From assembly GCA_012295275.1 (NCBI GenBank), contig CM022671.1, forward strand, positions 5,890,001 to 5,954,000: a stretch of 64,000 nucleotides of DNA, read 5' to 3'. The translations under genes were made by a program, and so were the position numbers. The notes beneath the pieces are model-generated. The model made no database searches, was not told the DNA's origin, and saw only the letters and a program-made list of their open reading frames with translations. Position 1 is the stretch's first letter. Every line of letters begins with the position of its first letter. This stretch comes from Chrysomallon squamiferum. Its lineage: Eukaryota > Animalia > Mollusca. Shown here in pieces: positions 1 through 25,724 of this stretch.

Positions 1-186
1 ATGACTATAACTAAATAAATAATAGTAAAATAAAATCAATAATGAAGCAAACAACCAACAAACATCACACCTGAATAATCAAGAAAACAAATAAATTTAA
101 ATTAAAACAAACAAAAAAAAAATTCACTCTTAACTAAAATAAAAATGTAATACTGTTTAACAATTTCAGTTACAAGTTCAAGCTGA

Positions 187-247
<61 letters not shown>

Positions 248-494
248 GATTCCACAAAATGTTTTTCTAATTTCACCAAGATTGTATTTCGTCAAAGTCT
301 GAAACGACTTCGAAATAACGTCATAGAATAACGTTTTATTTTCTTTCCTTTTTTTTTTTTTTTTTTTTTTGGCCCTCTTCTTTTTATCATAGTTGTCTTT
401 CCCTGACGAGTAAATAAAACGTGGTATGGCTTGTTAGACGATGTTTTTATTGCATCTCGTCTAATATTGATCACTTCTGAAGAAAAGGATTAAC

Positions 495-598
495 AACAAT
501 CCACTCCGCTTTGAAGTAGGATCGCGATAAAAATGGCGGTGGACGCGTTCGGGCGATTATAGCAGTACGTTCTGAGACTGAAACCTCGATAAGTGAGT
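495..598 (+). promoter_or_regulatory. CpG-rich putative TSS / non-coding first exon with YY1-type motif
   Basis: A local CpG-rich island contains AAAATGGCGG (~530-539), a 9-codon uORF, and a GTGAGT donor at 593-598. It may be a 5' UTR exon of the K2P gene. Confidence 0.4.
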
Positions 599-1303
599 TG
601 TTCTGTGAAACGTTTTACTTGTAGAGTTTAGCTGGAAGTGATTTGTAGGGTATTATTTTAGCAGATATTTTACAGAAATTCTTCGTTTGTTATTTATTTT
701 TTTTTTTTTGTGTGTGTGTTTGTTTAGCTGTTTATTTTCCTGTTCTTCTGCTTTTAAAATTGTTTTTAATTTTTTAATTTTTTTAAACTAGAGTTGTAGG
801 TTTGAAATTGATGCGATTTTCAGTGGTATTTTTTAAATTATGTTTTAATGTATGGGTCTTGTTTTATATATATATATATATAACAGCACAACTGCTGTAT
901 AGGTTATCACTTAACGATTACCGTTTCAAACTGAAATGCGAGTTTCTGGGATGTTTTAACAGCATTTTATGATCAGTAAATTTACTAGTTTTTGTTTCTT
1001 TTCAGCTTTATGTGTATTTTATTTTTGTTTTGTGACAAAAACTGCGATAACTGCTTAAATGTAATATCGCTTTGAGTACTTCAAGTGTTGTATTCAGTTT
1101 GAATTTCTACACCAGACCTGACAAGACGTGGTCAAACTAATTGAAAAGCTATACTCGATCATAAAATGGAAATTTGAAATTGTTTATGTTAAAAACATGT
1201 ACGCAATAACTGACACATTAAACATATAGCTGTGTTGTTAATGTACTTTAAAATATATAATCAATATCGATCAATAAAAATATAATAAATAATATAAAAT
1301 ATA

Positions 1304-1334
<31 letters not shown>

Positions 1335-1448
1335 AAATATAAATTATATAAAAAATATAAATAAATAAAGTAATAACTAACCAACCAACAGAGCTTCTAA
1401 GTTAGTTTTTATTCTTTCTGTCTATGTGTCTGGTTATCTCTCTATCTC

Positions 1449-1479
<31 letters not shown>

Positions 1480-1628
1480 GTCTGTCTCTATTCTGTCTAT
1501 CTATCTATTTAACCATCTGTCTATATATATATCTTTGTCTGTCTGTTTAACCATCTGTCTATATATATCTTTGTCTGTCTGTCTGTCTTTATATCTATCT
1601 ATATGTGTATTTATCTTTATGTCTGTAT

Positions 1629-1632
<4 letters not shown>

Positions 1633-1709
<77 letters not shown>
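1633..1709 (+). repeat. (CT)n microsatellite; similar CT/GA tracts at ~5499, 13884, 15142, 16690, 49267, 51685, 56989, 61105, 63569
   Basis: Perfect dinucleotide runs are directly visible. Confidence 0.98.
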
Positions 1710-1712
<3 letters not shown>

Positions 1713-3063
1713 GTGATTGTCTTACTTTATTTAACAAAGGTGTGTGTTTTAAATCACTGTAACATGTCTCTAAACCATGTGAGACTCGGACAATTGTTTT
1801 TATTTGTCTTTCTTAGTAAACCCAATTACACTTACTGCTTAAAACACGAGAGGCTGTTAATGTATTTTCTTTCACGTCAAAAGTCCAATTAAAATACTTT
1901 TATTATTAATAGGCTAATCTGCGATCAAGTTCAGTAACTCTGCATTAGCGCGAAGTTATCTCCTCTTGGAATCTGCCCTACTGGTAGGAATTATGTTTTT
2001 TTTTTAAATTTTAATTCGTTTTTTAGCCTTTTAAAAAAATATATTTCTGCATTTTTCTCTTCATCCATCCATCCATCCACTTTTCTTTCGGTCATACAAT
2101 CGTGAGTATGAATACATATGTACCAGAGCGTTCCAGAATATTATCTATGTACAGACTCTAATCAGGTTTATATAAGTCAAGAGAATATTCATTTCTAAAT
2201 ATATACACATATACCAAAAAATATTGTATACGTAGATATTAAATATTCATATTTTATTGTCGTAAATGAATAAGTTTGTAAGAAAATAAGTAAGTAAATA
2301 ATCAAATAAACAAACAAACAAAAATATAACTCGAGTTTGATGAAATTTTGAAAAAACAGCAACAAACAAACACACAAACAAATAAAACAAATAAAAAGCC
2401 ATGAAAATAAGTCTACGAAAAAATAATAGATATTTTAATTTTATTTTATTTTATTTTTTTTTATTTTTTCCTTTTCTTTTCCTTATAGTCAAAGACTCGT
2501 ATAAGCTGCTTAAATCACCTTATCTGAGTAATTTCCTTTTAAAGCGAGCAGTAAATTGCTTCCAGTCGGAATAGAACTGGTGTCATCTGAGCATGCGCGG
2601 CACTGGAAAAAAATGACTGTTTTGAAATGATTCAATAAGGACCAGTCTACAGAATCATCGAGCCAATTTGCTGAATTAACGCATGGCAGAGTTAACCGGC
2701 TGCAGTGAGAATCTGACGTCACAATCATAATTAGTTTTATAGAAAGTAGTACGAGCGGCAGACGGTAACGGAAGTGAACAGACGTAACAGGTTTAATCGT
2801 GTTTCGCAGACGTGTATGAAAAGTAATAAAAATGAAATTGTCCGAGCTGTGACATGTTATAAATAATAAAAAAAAAAAAAAATTGCCAGCACAAATTACG
2901 TACAATTATTTTTTCAGTCTTTTGTAAATGCTTTTAGTACGGCAATAAAATATTAATGTACGCATTTATGTATGTTTTTCTCTTTTTTTCTTTATTTTTT
3001 TCTGTTTAATTTCTTCTTCTTCTTTTTTTTTTTTTTTCCATCTTGTTTTCATCTGTTTTATAG

Positions 3064-3100
<37 letters not shown>

Positions 3101-3167
3101 TATCACTGCTACGTCTGCTGATACTACTGCTACTACTTCTACTATTACTACTACTACCACTATAACC

Positions 3168-3230
<63 letters not shown>

Positions 3231-5492
3231 GTGACACAATATGACAAAAATCTTCAACCATGCATTATTCTGGGTCCACCAACCACGGGATAACTGTGAC
3301 CAGTAATGTTCAACCATCTTTACCAAAATTACGCCCGTAATTTATCTCTTTAAAGAAGTAAGCTGAAAAAAGTGGAAGTTTTATCAATATAATTTCGTAT
3401 ATTAAGACATCGATGTAATATAGAGATTGCCATCTCCAGTGCTTTAATAAAACATCAAACGTTTCTAGCATCGGCATCCATGAATATTTCTCTTTTATGA
3501 TCAAAGATTGAGGTTTATTAAGTTAGCGTAACAATATTGTAATCAAGGTGGCATTATGTGTACGGAACCAGTCGATCACCAAAGGGGAGATAAATGTTTA
3601 CGAGATGAAAATCCATTATTATTAGATTATTAAAATGTATTTGTGGTATAAATATAGCAGGAGCAATTTGTGTAGTAAGGATTATTATATTTATTATTTC
3701 TTAAAGTGTATACTTAGTCGTGCTAAAGTACGTTATAAAAATAATTTGTTTACGTTCAGGCATTGTTATAAAATTTGTCTCTTGTTTGAGTACTCGCGTA
3801 CCTATGATGGTGTAAACAGATATCTGAAATATTTTATTTCATATGTACTTATCATGGTATTATTAAATAATGTAAATGAAATACCTTCTTACATACAGTA
3901 TATTTCCATCTGGCTTTTGTAAGTTCATTCTTTCCTAATGACAAAGTATGATAAACAAAAGTTTGTATGTATGTATGTATGTGTATGTGTATGTATGTAT
4001 GTATGTATGTGTGTATGTATGTATGTATGCATGTATGCATGTATGTATGTATGTATGTTTGAATGTATGTATGTGTGTATGTATGTATGTATGTATGTAT
4101 GTTTGTATGTATGTATGTACTTATATATATATATATGTAGATGTATGTTTGTATTTGAGTATGGTTATTATATTGTCGTATATTGTGTTTGCTTCAATTT
4201 AGACATAATATGAGTATGTATACACACATACACAAACAGACGTATACACACACACACATTCACACACACACACATACTTACACATACATGTACATTTATT
4301 TACATTTCATAGCAGCCGTTTACTCTGACATATTCATATTTTCAAAAACGATTGTTCATTACAAATTCCCATAAAACTGTACCATCAGCAAAGCGTAAGC
4401 AATGAAACGGTTCTTGACGGTATTTCCCTTGACCACAAATTTTGCGGTTATTAGAGAACACATCTGTGTGACTAAAACGGAGGATGAGAAATATTTAAAT
4501 TTAATGAATCTCCTGAGAAAGTCTATGAGGATATGACGTCATTAATTATCTCTGTGATATTTCTTACAGCTTATATCTCGTCTTCTTTTTCTTCGTTTCT
4601 CTCTGTCTCTCTCTCTGAGTATTATGTATAATATATATGTTTTTATGTATGTATGTATGTATGTATGTATGTATGTATGTATGTATGTATGTATGTATGT
4701 ATGTGTATATATCTATAGCTATCTATCTATCTATCGATTTATCTATCAATCTTTAATTCAGTCTACCTGCGTGTCTCTCTCTGTATAATAATTAAGTAGG
4801 TATCTATGTGTTTAATCTGCCTGTTTATTTATATTTTATAATATTTTAATCTGGATTCCTAACAGACAAATCGCCAGACAGACAGAGATCAATAATCAAG
4901 AAAAAAAAAAAAAAACACGAGGTTGTAACATAAGATTGCACCTCAGGTTGATGTTTGATTTTGTAAACTCGTTCTTTGATGCAAGCAGCTGGGGTCAGTG
5001 ATTCTAATATTTTATCATCTCCTGTCACAACGTTCGCAGTCTCTTTGTTTCTCTCCAGCGGCTGATCGATGCGATCGACTCCCTAGCTAATACGATATGA
5101 AAAGAATATGCAGATTGGAAGTCATTACAGTGACCTTTTAATAACGAAGCCACCAGTTGTGCAGTAAGTGTCCGCCATGTTTGACTAAACGACGCTGTCC
5201 TAGCAAACAATAAAACCGAAGTTATTTCCATCGTCTTTTGTCTTCCTGTCATCGACTGGTTCGATAAATCGACCAATGAGTGATTTGTTCTTATTAGGTC
5301 GTAGCCAATCACTATCAGTGGGTTTTTATTTAACTGCGCTGGTGTGTGTGTAATGAAGTGTGTGTAAGTTGATGTGAAGTAAGTACACGAAAAAGTCTTG
5401 TCAGCGTCTGTCCAGTCTGATAGCTAACACTGGCATGTTGAGTAGAAAGTAGTATTAATATAATAATGTGTCGCGTCTGGTTTGTGTGGAAG

Positions 5493-5579
<87 letters not shown>

Positions 5580-6224
5580 ATTTATATAGTTTAAATTTGC
5601 TGTAAGGGATCTTTCATATACACCTTCCCATAGACAGCAAATTCATGAAGTTCTGGCAGCCACTGGAAATGGTCAAACTGAAACGCCTTATTCACACAAA
5701 AAAAAAATAATAATAATAAAAAATAAAATAATAATAAAAATAATTTTTTTTTTTTTTTTTTTTTTTAAATTCACTTGTTTGAAGCGAGTAGCAACTTCAT
5801 TCCCAGAACGTTCTTGAAATGTTTCTGGATGTTGAAACTGCTGGAATCAAAACCCTATGCATTTTCTAACTGTGCCAACCACAGACACTAAATTTAGTGT
5901 CTCAGTCTGTGTTAGATGCGGGCGTGTAATTACAAACACCCTGAGATAGTTTAGTTAATTGTGAATAATGCATCAACGTAGAGAAACTCACTTAAATATC
6001 ACACAGCTTCTTCTATAAGCGTAGCATTAGAAACATTGCAGTGCATCTTCCCACTACCAGTCGAGATAATAATGAATGGCAATGAGAAATGAAGATGGTG
6101 GTAATTTTGAATAAATAAATAAATAAATAAATAAATTATAAACTGCTAGTCTGAAAAATATTCCTTGTGCTCTCACCAAAATTTCTTTTTGTACTACTGC
6201 TTCTATTTATATTTTTGTTTACTT

Positions 6225-6570
6225 CATCTACTGTTACGATTACGTATACTATTACTCACTGCTACTATTACGTATACTATTAAATACACTATTACGTCAC
6301 TATTACGTTTACGCATGCTATTACATCATTATTATAGTTACGTATACTATTACATTACTATAACGATTACGTACTCTAGTACATCATTATTACAATTGCA
6401 TATACTATGACATCACTATTACGTTTATGTATACTGTTACATCATTATTACAATTACGTATACTATTACATTACAGCTACGAGTACGCATACTATTACAT
6501 CATTATTACAGTTACGTATACTATTACATCATCATTACGATTACGTATAATATTACATCATTATTGCTAC
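6225..6570 (+). repeat. Degenerate minisatellite (TTACGTATACTATTACATCA core)
   Basis: The motif TTACGTATACTATTAC recurs at roughly 27-30-nt spacing. Confidence 0.65.
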
Positions 6571-6861
6571 TATACTTTTACTACCAAAATTACTACTGTC
6601 ATTTCTACATCTACTAGTATTTCTATTATCACTTCTACAAATACTGCTACCACTATTACTAATACCAACACCATTACTGTTACTACTCTTAAGGCAAGTA
6701 CAATTTACTTTTTCTGTTTATACCTTGAAATAAGAATGAGAACTATTAATACTACTAATAGTACTGGTAATGGTACTGTTACTATGACTACTACGACTAC
6801 AACCATGATGTAGCGACTATGTTTTGTATTTTTTTAACACTACACTGTCTTACTATATAAA

Positions 6862-6926
<65 letters not shown>

Positions 6927-7914
6927 AATAAACAAATAATAAACAATGTGGTACATGAAAACATTTTTAACCGCTTGACTAAAATTTCACCCTTTTGTCA
7001 GATGCGATCAATCACTGATTATAAAATACACTTTTCACGTGAAATTTGATAGATTTTGTTTTTCAGTTAGGAAAACGGTGTTTGATTATATTTCAAGAAT
7101 GAATATGTTTTTAATTCAAGATAACGAACAAAGAGGACAATCGAAAATAAGTGAATTTCAATCTTCTTTGTTTTCATTTCCCGTTATTCCACAAATACGA
7201 AACTGCAACAGGTTTGTAGCTTTATCTGTGCTGTCTAATTTTCAAACACAATTCTTTTGTTTTAGTTTCCTTCCCGACCTGTTTTAGATACCTAAACTAC
7301 ATTAAACTATAGCTCTCTTTAAGTATTTAGTTTTCAGACACATTTAATTCGGGGGTTAATTTTTTTTTTTTTTTTTTTTTTTTTTTATGCTCAGTTCTCA
7401 TTTTACGAAACTACATTTAACTGTATCTTTATATATTATTTAATTTTTTCACATTTCGTTTAGCACTGTTCTCTAGTCCCGAAAAAAAAAAAAAAAAATT
7501 ACGAAACTATTAGTAAACTGCAGCTCTGTACATTATTTTAATTTTCAAAAGTCGATCGCTTTGTTCTAATTTTCATTTCATTCTCGGATTACGAAACTGT
7601 TTTTGATTGTAGCTCTACGTGTCGTGGTAACTTTCAAACTGCATGATGGATTATTTTGTTGACATCGCTTTCAGAATCGCCTCGTTTTAGCGAACTGGTG
7701 TGGATCACTGAGTTTAGTTGAGGTCTCGACTCGTAAACTGCCAGTGACTTGTAATAAAGCTGTTTTGTTTAACGGCGCCAATAGATAACTTTTGATTAAT
7801 TTCCTATCATCGAGTATTGAATATCAAACCTTTATGAATTTTACTGGCCTCCCTAGAATGAATTTTTCTTTTTATCTGGCCTCCTTTTATTTATTGGCGC
7901 CGGTTGCACTTTAT

Positions 7915-8023
7915 TGTTGTTGTTGTTGTTGTTATTATTATTATTATTGTTGTTATTTTATTATTATCATTGTTATTATTATTATTATTATTAATATTAT
8001 TATTATTATTATTATTATCATTG

Positions 8024-8060
<37 letters not shown>

Positions 8061-8065
8061 CATCA

Positions 8066-8118
<53 letters not shown>
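7915..8118 (+). repeat. (ATT/AAT)n microsatellite; many similar tracts (e.g. ~187, 3067, 6862, 13285, 15810, 18370, 25338, 25652, 39635, 54200, 59057, 59545)
   Basis: Trinucleotide runs are directly visible. They produce the poly-I/L/N/Y ORFs in the track. Confidence 0.98.
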
Positions 8119-8352
8119 GGCAGCGAAACGTCATATATTTATTTATTGACATCACAAGAATGTAAAGATATTATTTCTTCATTGACTACTGGTTATAAAA
8201 CGTTTATTGAAGACGTTATTAAAACACTTTCATTAATTTTCTGTTGCGGAATATTTGGCATACAGGACATAAATTTACATTGCTTTTTTTCAATTATGTA
8301 TTTGTAACGAGGCCTTGTTGCATATCTAATCCGACGTATATAGTATTCCTAC

Positions 8353-8354
<2 letters not shown>

Positions 8355-8383
<29 letters not shown>

Positions 8384-8490
8384 TGTATGTATGTATGTAT
8401 GTATGTATGTATGTATGTATGTATGTATGTATGTATGTGTGTATGTATGTATGTACGTACGTACGTATGTATGTATGTATATATGTATGT
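8355..8490 (+). repeat. (TATG)n microsatellite; similar tracts at ~3964, 4644, 53480-53680
   Basis: Tetranucleotide runs are directly visible. Confidence 0.98.
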
Positions 8491-10812
8491 ATATGGATAT
8501 GGACATAAATATGTACATATTTTATGTTTGTATGTATTAATGTATTTAATTTTTACAAAGTTAAGAGTAAAATATTTCTTCTGTTTATTCAAGAAAGTAA
8601 ACGTAGAAATTGGGATATAAACATGTATATGCACACATAAACACGCACAAAAATGCACACACACACACACATGCAAAAACAATTACATTTGCCTTTCCCT
8701 TCTTATTACCACGACTAAATAAACTGCTAAATAAAATCATTATTTCTGTCTTTCAGGAAAACGACAAATTCATTACTAGACGACATAAAAGATCAGCGAA
8801 AAAGCGAAACGGAACGCTGAACAGGAAAAACGGGAAAAACCGAATGAGCAATGTGTTAACTCCAAGTAAGCTTTAACTGGCAATAAATGGAAGTTTTACA
8901 GCAGGAGATCTAACGTGGCTTTCAGTTATTAGAATGTTCAAATTGGCTTTCTTGTGAACGCGTGTTCCAGTTGGTTCGGAGGACTCAGAAATCTTTTTTC
9001 CCCTGAGGCATCGAGGAGGATTGTAATGCTGAGGTTTTCTAATATCTCTCTTCATCTGAACAGTCAGCGAGACAAAACTGGAGTGAAGACTCGAGGTGTT
9101 TTACTACACTAGCGTTGACAAAACGTCCAAGAGATTTGTCCAGCCATATACTAGAATAAACAACCATACTGGAATTGTATTTTTATAGCAGCGTCGACAA
9201 ACATCAGCAAGACTTATCAACAAACTCGAGAGAACGGCCACCTTGGAGGTATGTGAACATAGTTGGCGTTGACAAACATTTGAGAGTATAAAATAATCAC
9301 AGAGGAATTTTATTGTTTCTGTAGGAGCTTATTAAACATCTTCAAAGTGTGTTTCTGTTTATCATGGACAAGAATAGCGGAGTTATTCTTCTGTGTTATC
9401 GAGGACAAAATATATCCTCGACGGTAGATGAACTGTCTTAATAAAGGAAATATATTTGTGGGAATAATTCTTTAGTTCCTCACAGAACAAATTAAATTCA
9501 AGGGCGACTTTCGAGACGACTCCGGAATTAATTAAAAATCTTGTCAGCTTCATGCCTGCGTCGCTCGGCGAGCCAAAGGGAAACGTTCTCAGGAATCGAG
9601 ACAGGAAAATTATCGATAATTTCCAAACAGCACGAGCGGAAGTGAAGGAGAAGTGCTTCCGGATTTTAAAAAATCTCATCAACAATTTTCGAACCGTGAA
9701 TGTGTGAACGTCACACTCGAAAAATATTTTTTTAGGTTTTTTTGACGTGGTCTCGACTGAAATTTGCAGTAATTCAGTTTCTTTTTCTTTTTCTTTTCTT
9801 TTTTTTGGGGAGAACATAAGTAAGAGCTTTTAATTTTTCAAATTTAAAAAAAAAAAAAAATTTCATTAAACATAATATTTTAAACGGGTTGAGAGTTTTA
9901 AATTTATTTTTCATCCCAACTGTTCAATTTCATAATCCACCAACAGCGACAAAATTTATTTATTATTTTTATCGTTGTAAAATTTTTTAATTTTATTAAC
10001 AAACGGATTGCTGTTTCTCTTGTTAGAACATCACACGTGACTGGGCTCATTAAATATTAATGATATGCGTACTAGACTGCGTTAAAACAACAATAGCCGT
10101 GAACTTGTCAGGAAAACGTGATGTAATTAATGAAAATCTTTCCGAGCCTCGAGGCAGGATCATCATTATTATTATTATTATCCTTTTCCTATTATCGACA
10201 ATGGGCAGATAAACTTGTATCACGGCCTCACTGTTTGTAATAAACTCTTCACTGGCTGGGCACAACTTTAACACGATTAATCGATTGTTATAAGGATACA
10301 AAAAGTATCGATGAAGATCGATTTCTCTTTGCTTGATACAGGCAAGAAAAGATTTTTTCAAAAAAAAATAAAAAAAAATACCCAAACAAAATCCTTTGTG
10401 ATGACAGATTATAGAAAAACTTTAAATGACATTTCACGGAGCTCGTGGGATTAATTATATTACTACTGTGGAAGAATAATTAATGTAAATTTTTAATGTT
10501 CTGGTGCTTGGGTAATTCCTCCAACAGACGCAACGCACCAGTAATATTGAACAGTCACGAAAATTATAAAAGAGATTTTAGTTAAACAATATTTTATGAA
10601 AACGTCACACTGTGCATTTGGGGTATTATGTAGAGCAGTTTGAAAAATTATTTGTAATTAAGTAAATGCACGCCTTCGAGAGATGAGCTGATGATATTGC
10701 ATGACGAAGTAACATGATCAGAACTCCCTTCAACTCGACCTGGTGAACAAAAAAAAAAAAAAAAAACTTATAATGATGATGTAATGCCAGTCATCTTCTA
10801 TCGAGTTTAAAT

Positions 10813-21027
<10,215 letters not shown>

Positions 21028-21142
21028 CAAAAATAATAATAATAATAACAAAATATATATATATATAATAAAATGATAAGAATAATAACACACACACACA
21101 CACACATCCATATATACACACACAATCCCCTATGCATATATC

Positions 21143-21179
<37 letters not shown>

Positions 21180-22754
21180 ATATCGATACACACACGAACA
21201 CACACACACACAAACACATAAACACACATACACACATATCCATACAAACACACACACACACACATATATATAATCGTAACTTTGTCTATATAATAGTAAG
21301 CATTAAGCAGTTGTATTCATATTCTGTGTTTTTCATGCATGCTTGTGTTTGTGCGCCTGCGTGCGTGATTGATTCTTTGAATATTCACGAGCCTCTGTAT
21401 ATATCATTATCAACCACAACAAGAATACCATGATGGTGATAATAACAGCAGCAATATTGTATTTAAGAATTATATCATTGCATTTCTAAAATTTTACTGT
21501 CAACATAACTTTTGTAAAATAGTTTGTAAAATAAATCTTGTTGTTTATCGGTCATTCTTTTTTTTCTCTCCAAATATGTGTGTGTATGTGTGTTCTTGCG
21601 TGCGTGCATTCGTGCGTTTCGCAATTCAGATACAAGTAGTGTCAGAATGAGTAAATTTGAGATGCTTGCATTTTGATGAATATTTATTTCTAGTGTGTGA
21701 TAAATTTTATCTAAATGTATATAATTTTATTTAGTTTGACGTTATGTATGTATGTCCGTGTGTGTTTGTCTCTGCCTGAATGTGTACATGTACATGTGAG
21801 TCTGTATGTGTGTTTGCAGATGAGTCTGTATGTGTGTTTGTGTCCCGTGTGAGCAGGTAAGTTAGGAAATTATTTCAGAAGTTTTTATTTCCTATTTTAT
21901 AAGCAAGAACGAAATGAAATACTGGGGAGAAAACTGAACTCTCAGAATTATACCACTGTTTTGTAAGGTCACAATGATATTATATGTAGAAACACATTTT
22001 TTTTTTTATATATACTTTGTTAAATAAACATTATTATTATTATTATTTTAAGTAAATAATATTGGTACATGTACATATACACGTTCATGGATACTTTAAC
22101 ATGAATATAATTTTATATAAACAAACATTAAGACATATATATACGTATCAATTTTTGACTGATATACATACATGCATACATACAAACATACATACATACA
22201 TACATTCATACACATATAGACACACGTACATGCATATATTGACACACGTACATACATACAAACATACCTAGAGACATACACACAAACAAGTACACACACA
22301 CACACTTATTCTTCATAAAACTTCCACCATCCATACAGACACAGGTTTCAAGCTGTTTATAAAAAAAAACACGCAGTAGCTTCATCATTCTTACAAAGAT
22401 TACAATTTTACAACTCGATGGTTTTGCACAGTTCACCACAGCCTGTCAAAAGTATCCCTTCGACAGGAAGACACATGAAAACCAAGCGAACGAAATTAAA
22501 CAGGAGAAGACAAAGCGACTTATGCATAAATAAACATACCCTGATGATAACCACAGGTTTCGGTTACTTCTGCGCATTGAGTGAGTGCAGTTTTATAAAC
22601 AATCACAATATCTCTGTAGCGAAACCAATGTTGTTTTTAAGTTTTTAAAGAACGCCCAGTTTTGTATTTGTGCACAGCGCGCGTCCTTTGAGATTGATAA
22701 TGCATGGCATTTCAGACGTCATTTTATTGTCTGTCTTAATAAATAAAATATTTA

Positions 22755-23100
22755 TTATGTATAGTGTTACGGTTATTCAGCATAATGCAGTATTATGTAA
22801 CGGTTATTCTGCATGACACTGTATTAAAATACTGTTATTCTACGTAACGGTTAGTCTGCACGATACTGTATTAAAATACTGTTATTCTACATAACGGTAT
22901 AAATACCAGTAATATGGTTATTGTACGTAACGCTATATAACATAGCGATTATTGTTCAGTAACGCTGCATAACAGTACTGTTATTCTGCATCATATTACA
23001 TAACACTGTGGTTTTCTATATAACAGTATGATATTATGCGTTATGCTGTCATTATAACCATACAGTTATTCTTATAACTTGACATTGTATCATAACATAA
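22755..23100 (+). repeat. Degenerate minisatellite (~15-16-bp core ACGGTTATTCTAC.TA)
   Basis: GTTATTCT cores recur, including two near-identical ~46-bp units at ~22800-22895. Confidence 0.65.
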
Positions 23101-23932
23101 CGAAGAAACCCTTTCTCACTTCACAGTCTGTGAAAACCATTTACCATTAAAAAAAATCAAAAAACAAAATAAAACAACAACAACAACGATAAAAGAAACA
23201 TTCTATATCCTGAGATCTTTTCCTGAAACCAAGAATCATACATAACTGGGTTCCTTAGATCATTCTTTTTCTTTATTCCCCATATATTATCTCTAAAATG
23301 AACAAATCGTTGCGAAAGAGTTATTTTAAGTCACGATCGTAAATCTTTGCGTACAAGAAACGGCAATAACTGATTTTACTTCTGCTTGACCCATCTTGCG
23401 TGATGTAGAGCGTTTTTACCACTTTGTTTCTGAAATCTTGTTTATTTACTGTAGTTCAGTTCAATCAGTTATTTGTACATCTGTTTTATTTACTGTAGTG
23501 TGCTGTAATAACGTTAAATACCTCGGCTGTTACGAGTGCAGAATTTACGACATCTGCGAACGTAAACGTGTGGTTAAATTACGCAGAGTCCTACACTTTA
23601 TGACTATCTGGTACATATTTTGTGTATTTATTTGACAGACGATATTGTGAGAATGGCGAAGGAAGTGAATAAATATGACGTTATTACTTAGAAGGTCATG
23701 TCAGATGACGGCATAGGAAAGATTTTGAAAAAGTTCAATATTCTTTTCTATGTACGTAGGATATGGTGTTTTTTAAAAAAAAAGAAAAAAAAAAGTAGCA
23801 ATCTAATAAATAAAAAAATATATATATAATAAATAAAAATAAAAAAGTGGAAAAAGAAATAATAAAATAAGTAAATTGATAAAATAAAATAAAATTTCCA
23901 ACATTGTACACGTAATAATGATGATGATGATG

Positions 23933-23974
<42 letters not shown>

Positions 23975-25239
23975 TTAGTAGTATGAATAGTAGTCGTAAT
24001 ACAAATAGTAGTAATAGTAGTTCTCGTTGTAGTAAAATTAAGAGTAGTAGTAGTAGTAAGAAAAAAAAGAATTACAATAACAACAACAAACATAAATAAT
24101 AACACAGATACTTCATGCAACAGCGATGATGATGATGATGATGATGATGATGATAATGACGCTGTTGTTGATAATCACAGCGTTTACTATTATAAACACG
24201 ATTTTATTATTAACCTCTTTAAATTAAATATTTATACAACAGCAATGACAGCAATTTTAAAAACCTTTGAAATTGAATAATAGTAATAATAGTAATAATT
24301 GTAATATGATCAACAGTACAATTGCCCTAATACGCTCGATTTCAGACTTTAACAAGATCTAATGATGGCATCTGAATAAAACCCCAATTCGACGGATAAT
24401 TTTCTTCGTCTACTATTTTTTTTTTCACTTTCTCAATCTTTCCTTTTCAACCCTCGAGCAAAAAAACATCAGTTTTAATCAGAAAAAAAAAATACTTAAA
24501 AAAAAAAAAAAAAATTGAATTTTCTTGATTTATTTTAATGCATCGAATTTAAAACGAAAATGAAGAAACACTTTTTAGAAATTGGACGTAAACTGTCTTA
24601 TTTTAAGACATCAATATTAATTCAAAATGGCAAAAAAAAAAAAAAAAAAAAAAATAAGATCTTGTAGAAAACTTGATTTATTTTCGGGTATTGATTTATG
24701 GCAGTTCTGCTTCTGAAGTCATTAGACCACAAATGGAAAGACAAATTTATTAATAATCTACGCAACCGTAAGAAATATTTTTGAAGCCAGTTTAAATTTA
24801 TAGTCAGAAAACGTTCTGTCGCTGAAGAGCCTAAAGCGTGTTGCAATGGCTAATAAACTGACACTGTAGTCTTCAGTCGATTTTCTTGATGATCGAAAAT
24901 AACACGTCGCCATTTTCAAAGACAACGATTTTCTTCATAAACACCAGGCGTGGTTGTTTCAAGTTATAATCATCGTCCAGTAAGCTTTTCAGTCAATTAG
25001 GTTTTACAGAGGAAAGAAAAAGAAAAATGATTAGGAAGAAGTAAAATTGATGTACGAGAGCAAACATCTGTGTTTGTTATTTACGTGCCGATGAAAAGAC
25101 TCGCGGATATTTTGCAGTTTTGTATTGAACTTAGTTTAGACACTGTTAGACGTACATTATTTATTTATTTATTTATTATTTATTATTTATATTTAATAAC
25201 AACAATAACAACAACAACAACAAATAATTACTTTAATTA

Positions 25240-25336
25240 TATATTTCAGACGAGATAAATTCTTATAAATAAAAGCAAAAAATTGATAACAAAATACAAA
25301 ATGATACAATAGGAAAATATCTGTAACTAATATTAA

Positions 25337-25389
<53 letters not shown>

Positions 25390-25649
25390 AACAACAACAA
25401 TACAATTATCAATCAGTATTTTTATTGCACCTACAAGATATACTGATATATTACAGAACAAGAAAATGTTATGACCTGAATTAATTTAATACAAAATTCT
25501 GCTACCAGTGAAATGTCATACATGTATAATATATTCTTTCATATAATTATTATAATTATATATTTCAGACTGGAGACAAACTCTCTTAAGAAATGGTAAA
25601 AAAAAATGAAAACAAAATTAAAAATGATTCAACAGGTAAATAACTGTAT

Positions 25650-25724
<75 letters not shown>

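Noticed and set aside
1424-8682. Many ORFs of poly-I/L/N/Y, SLSL, ERER, MYVC or HTHT type here and throughout the window
   Set aside because: They are translations of microsatellites, with no splice or composition support.
9383-9817. 144-aa minus-strand ORF
   Set aside because: It has no recognisable domain or splice context, and is probably chance in a GC-richer non-coding region.
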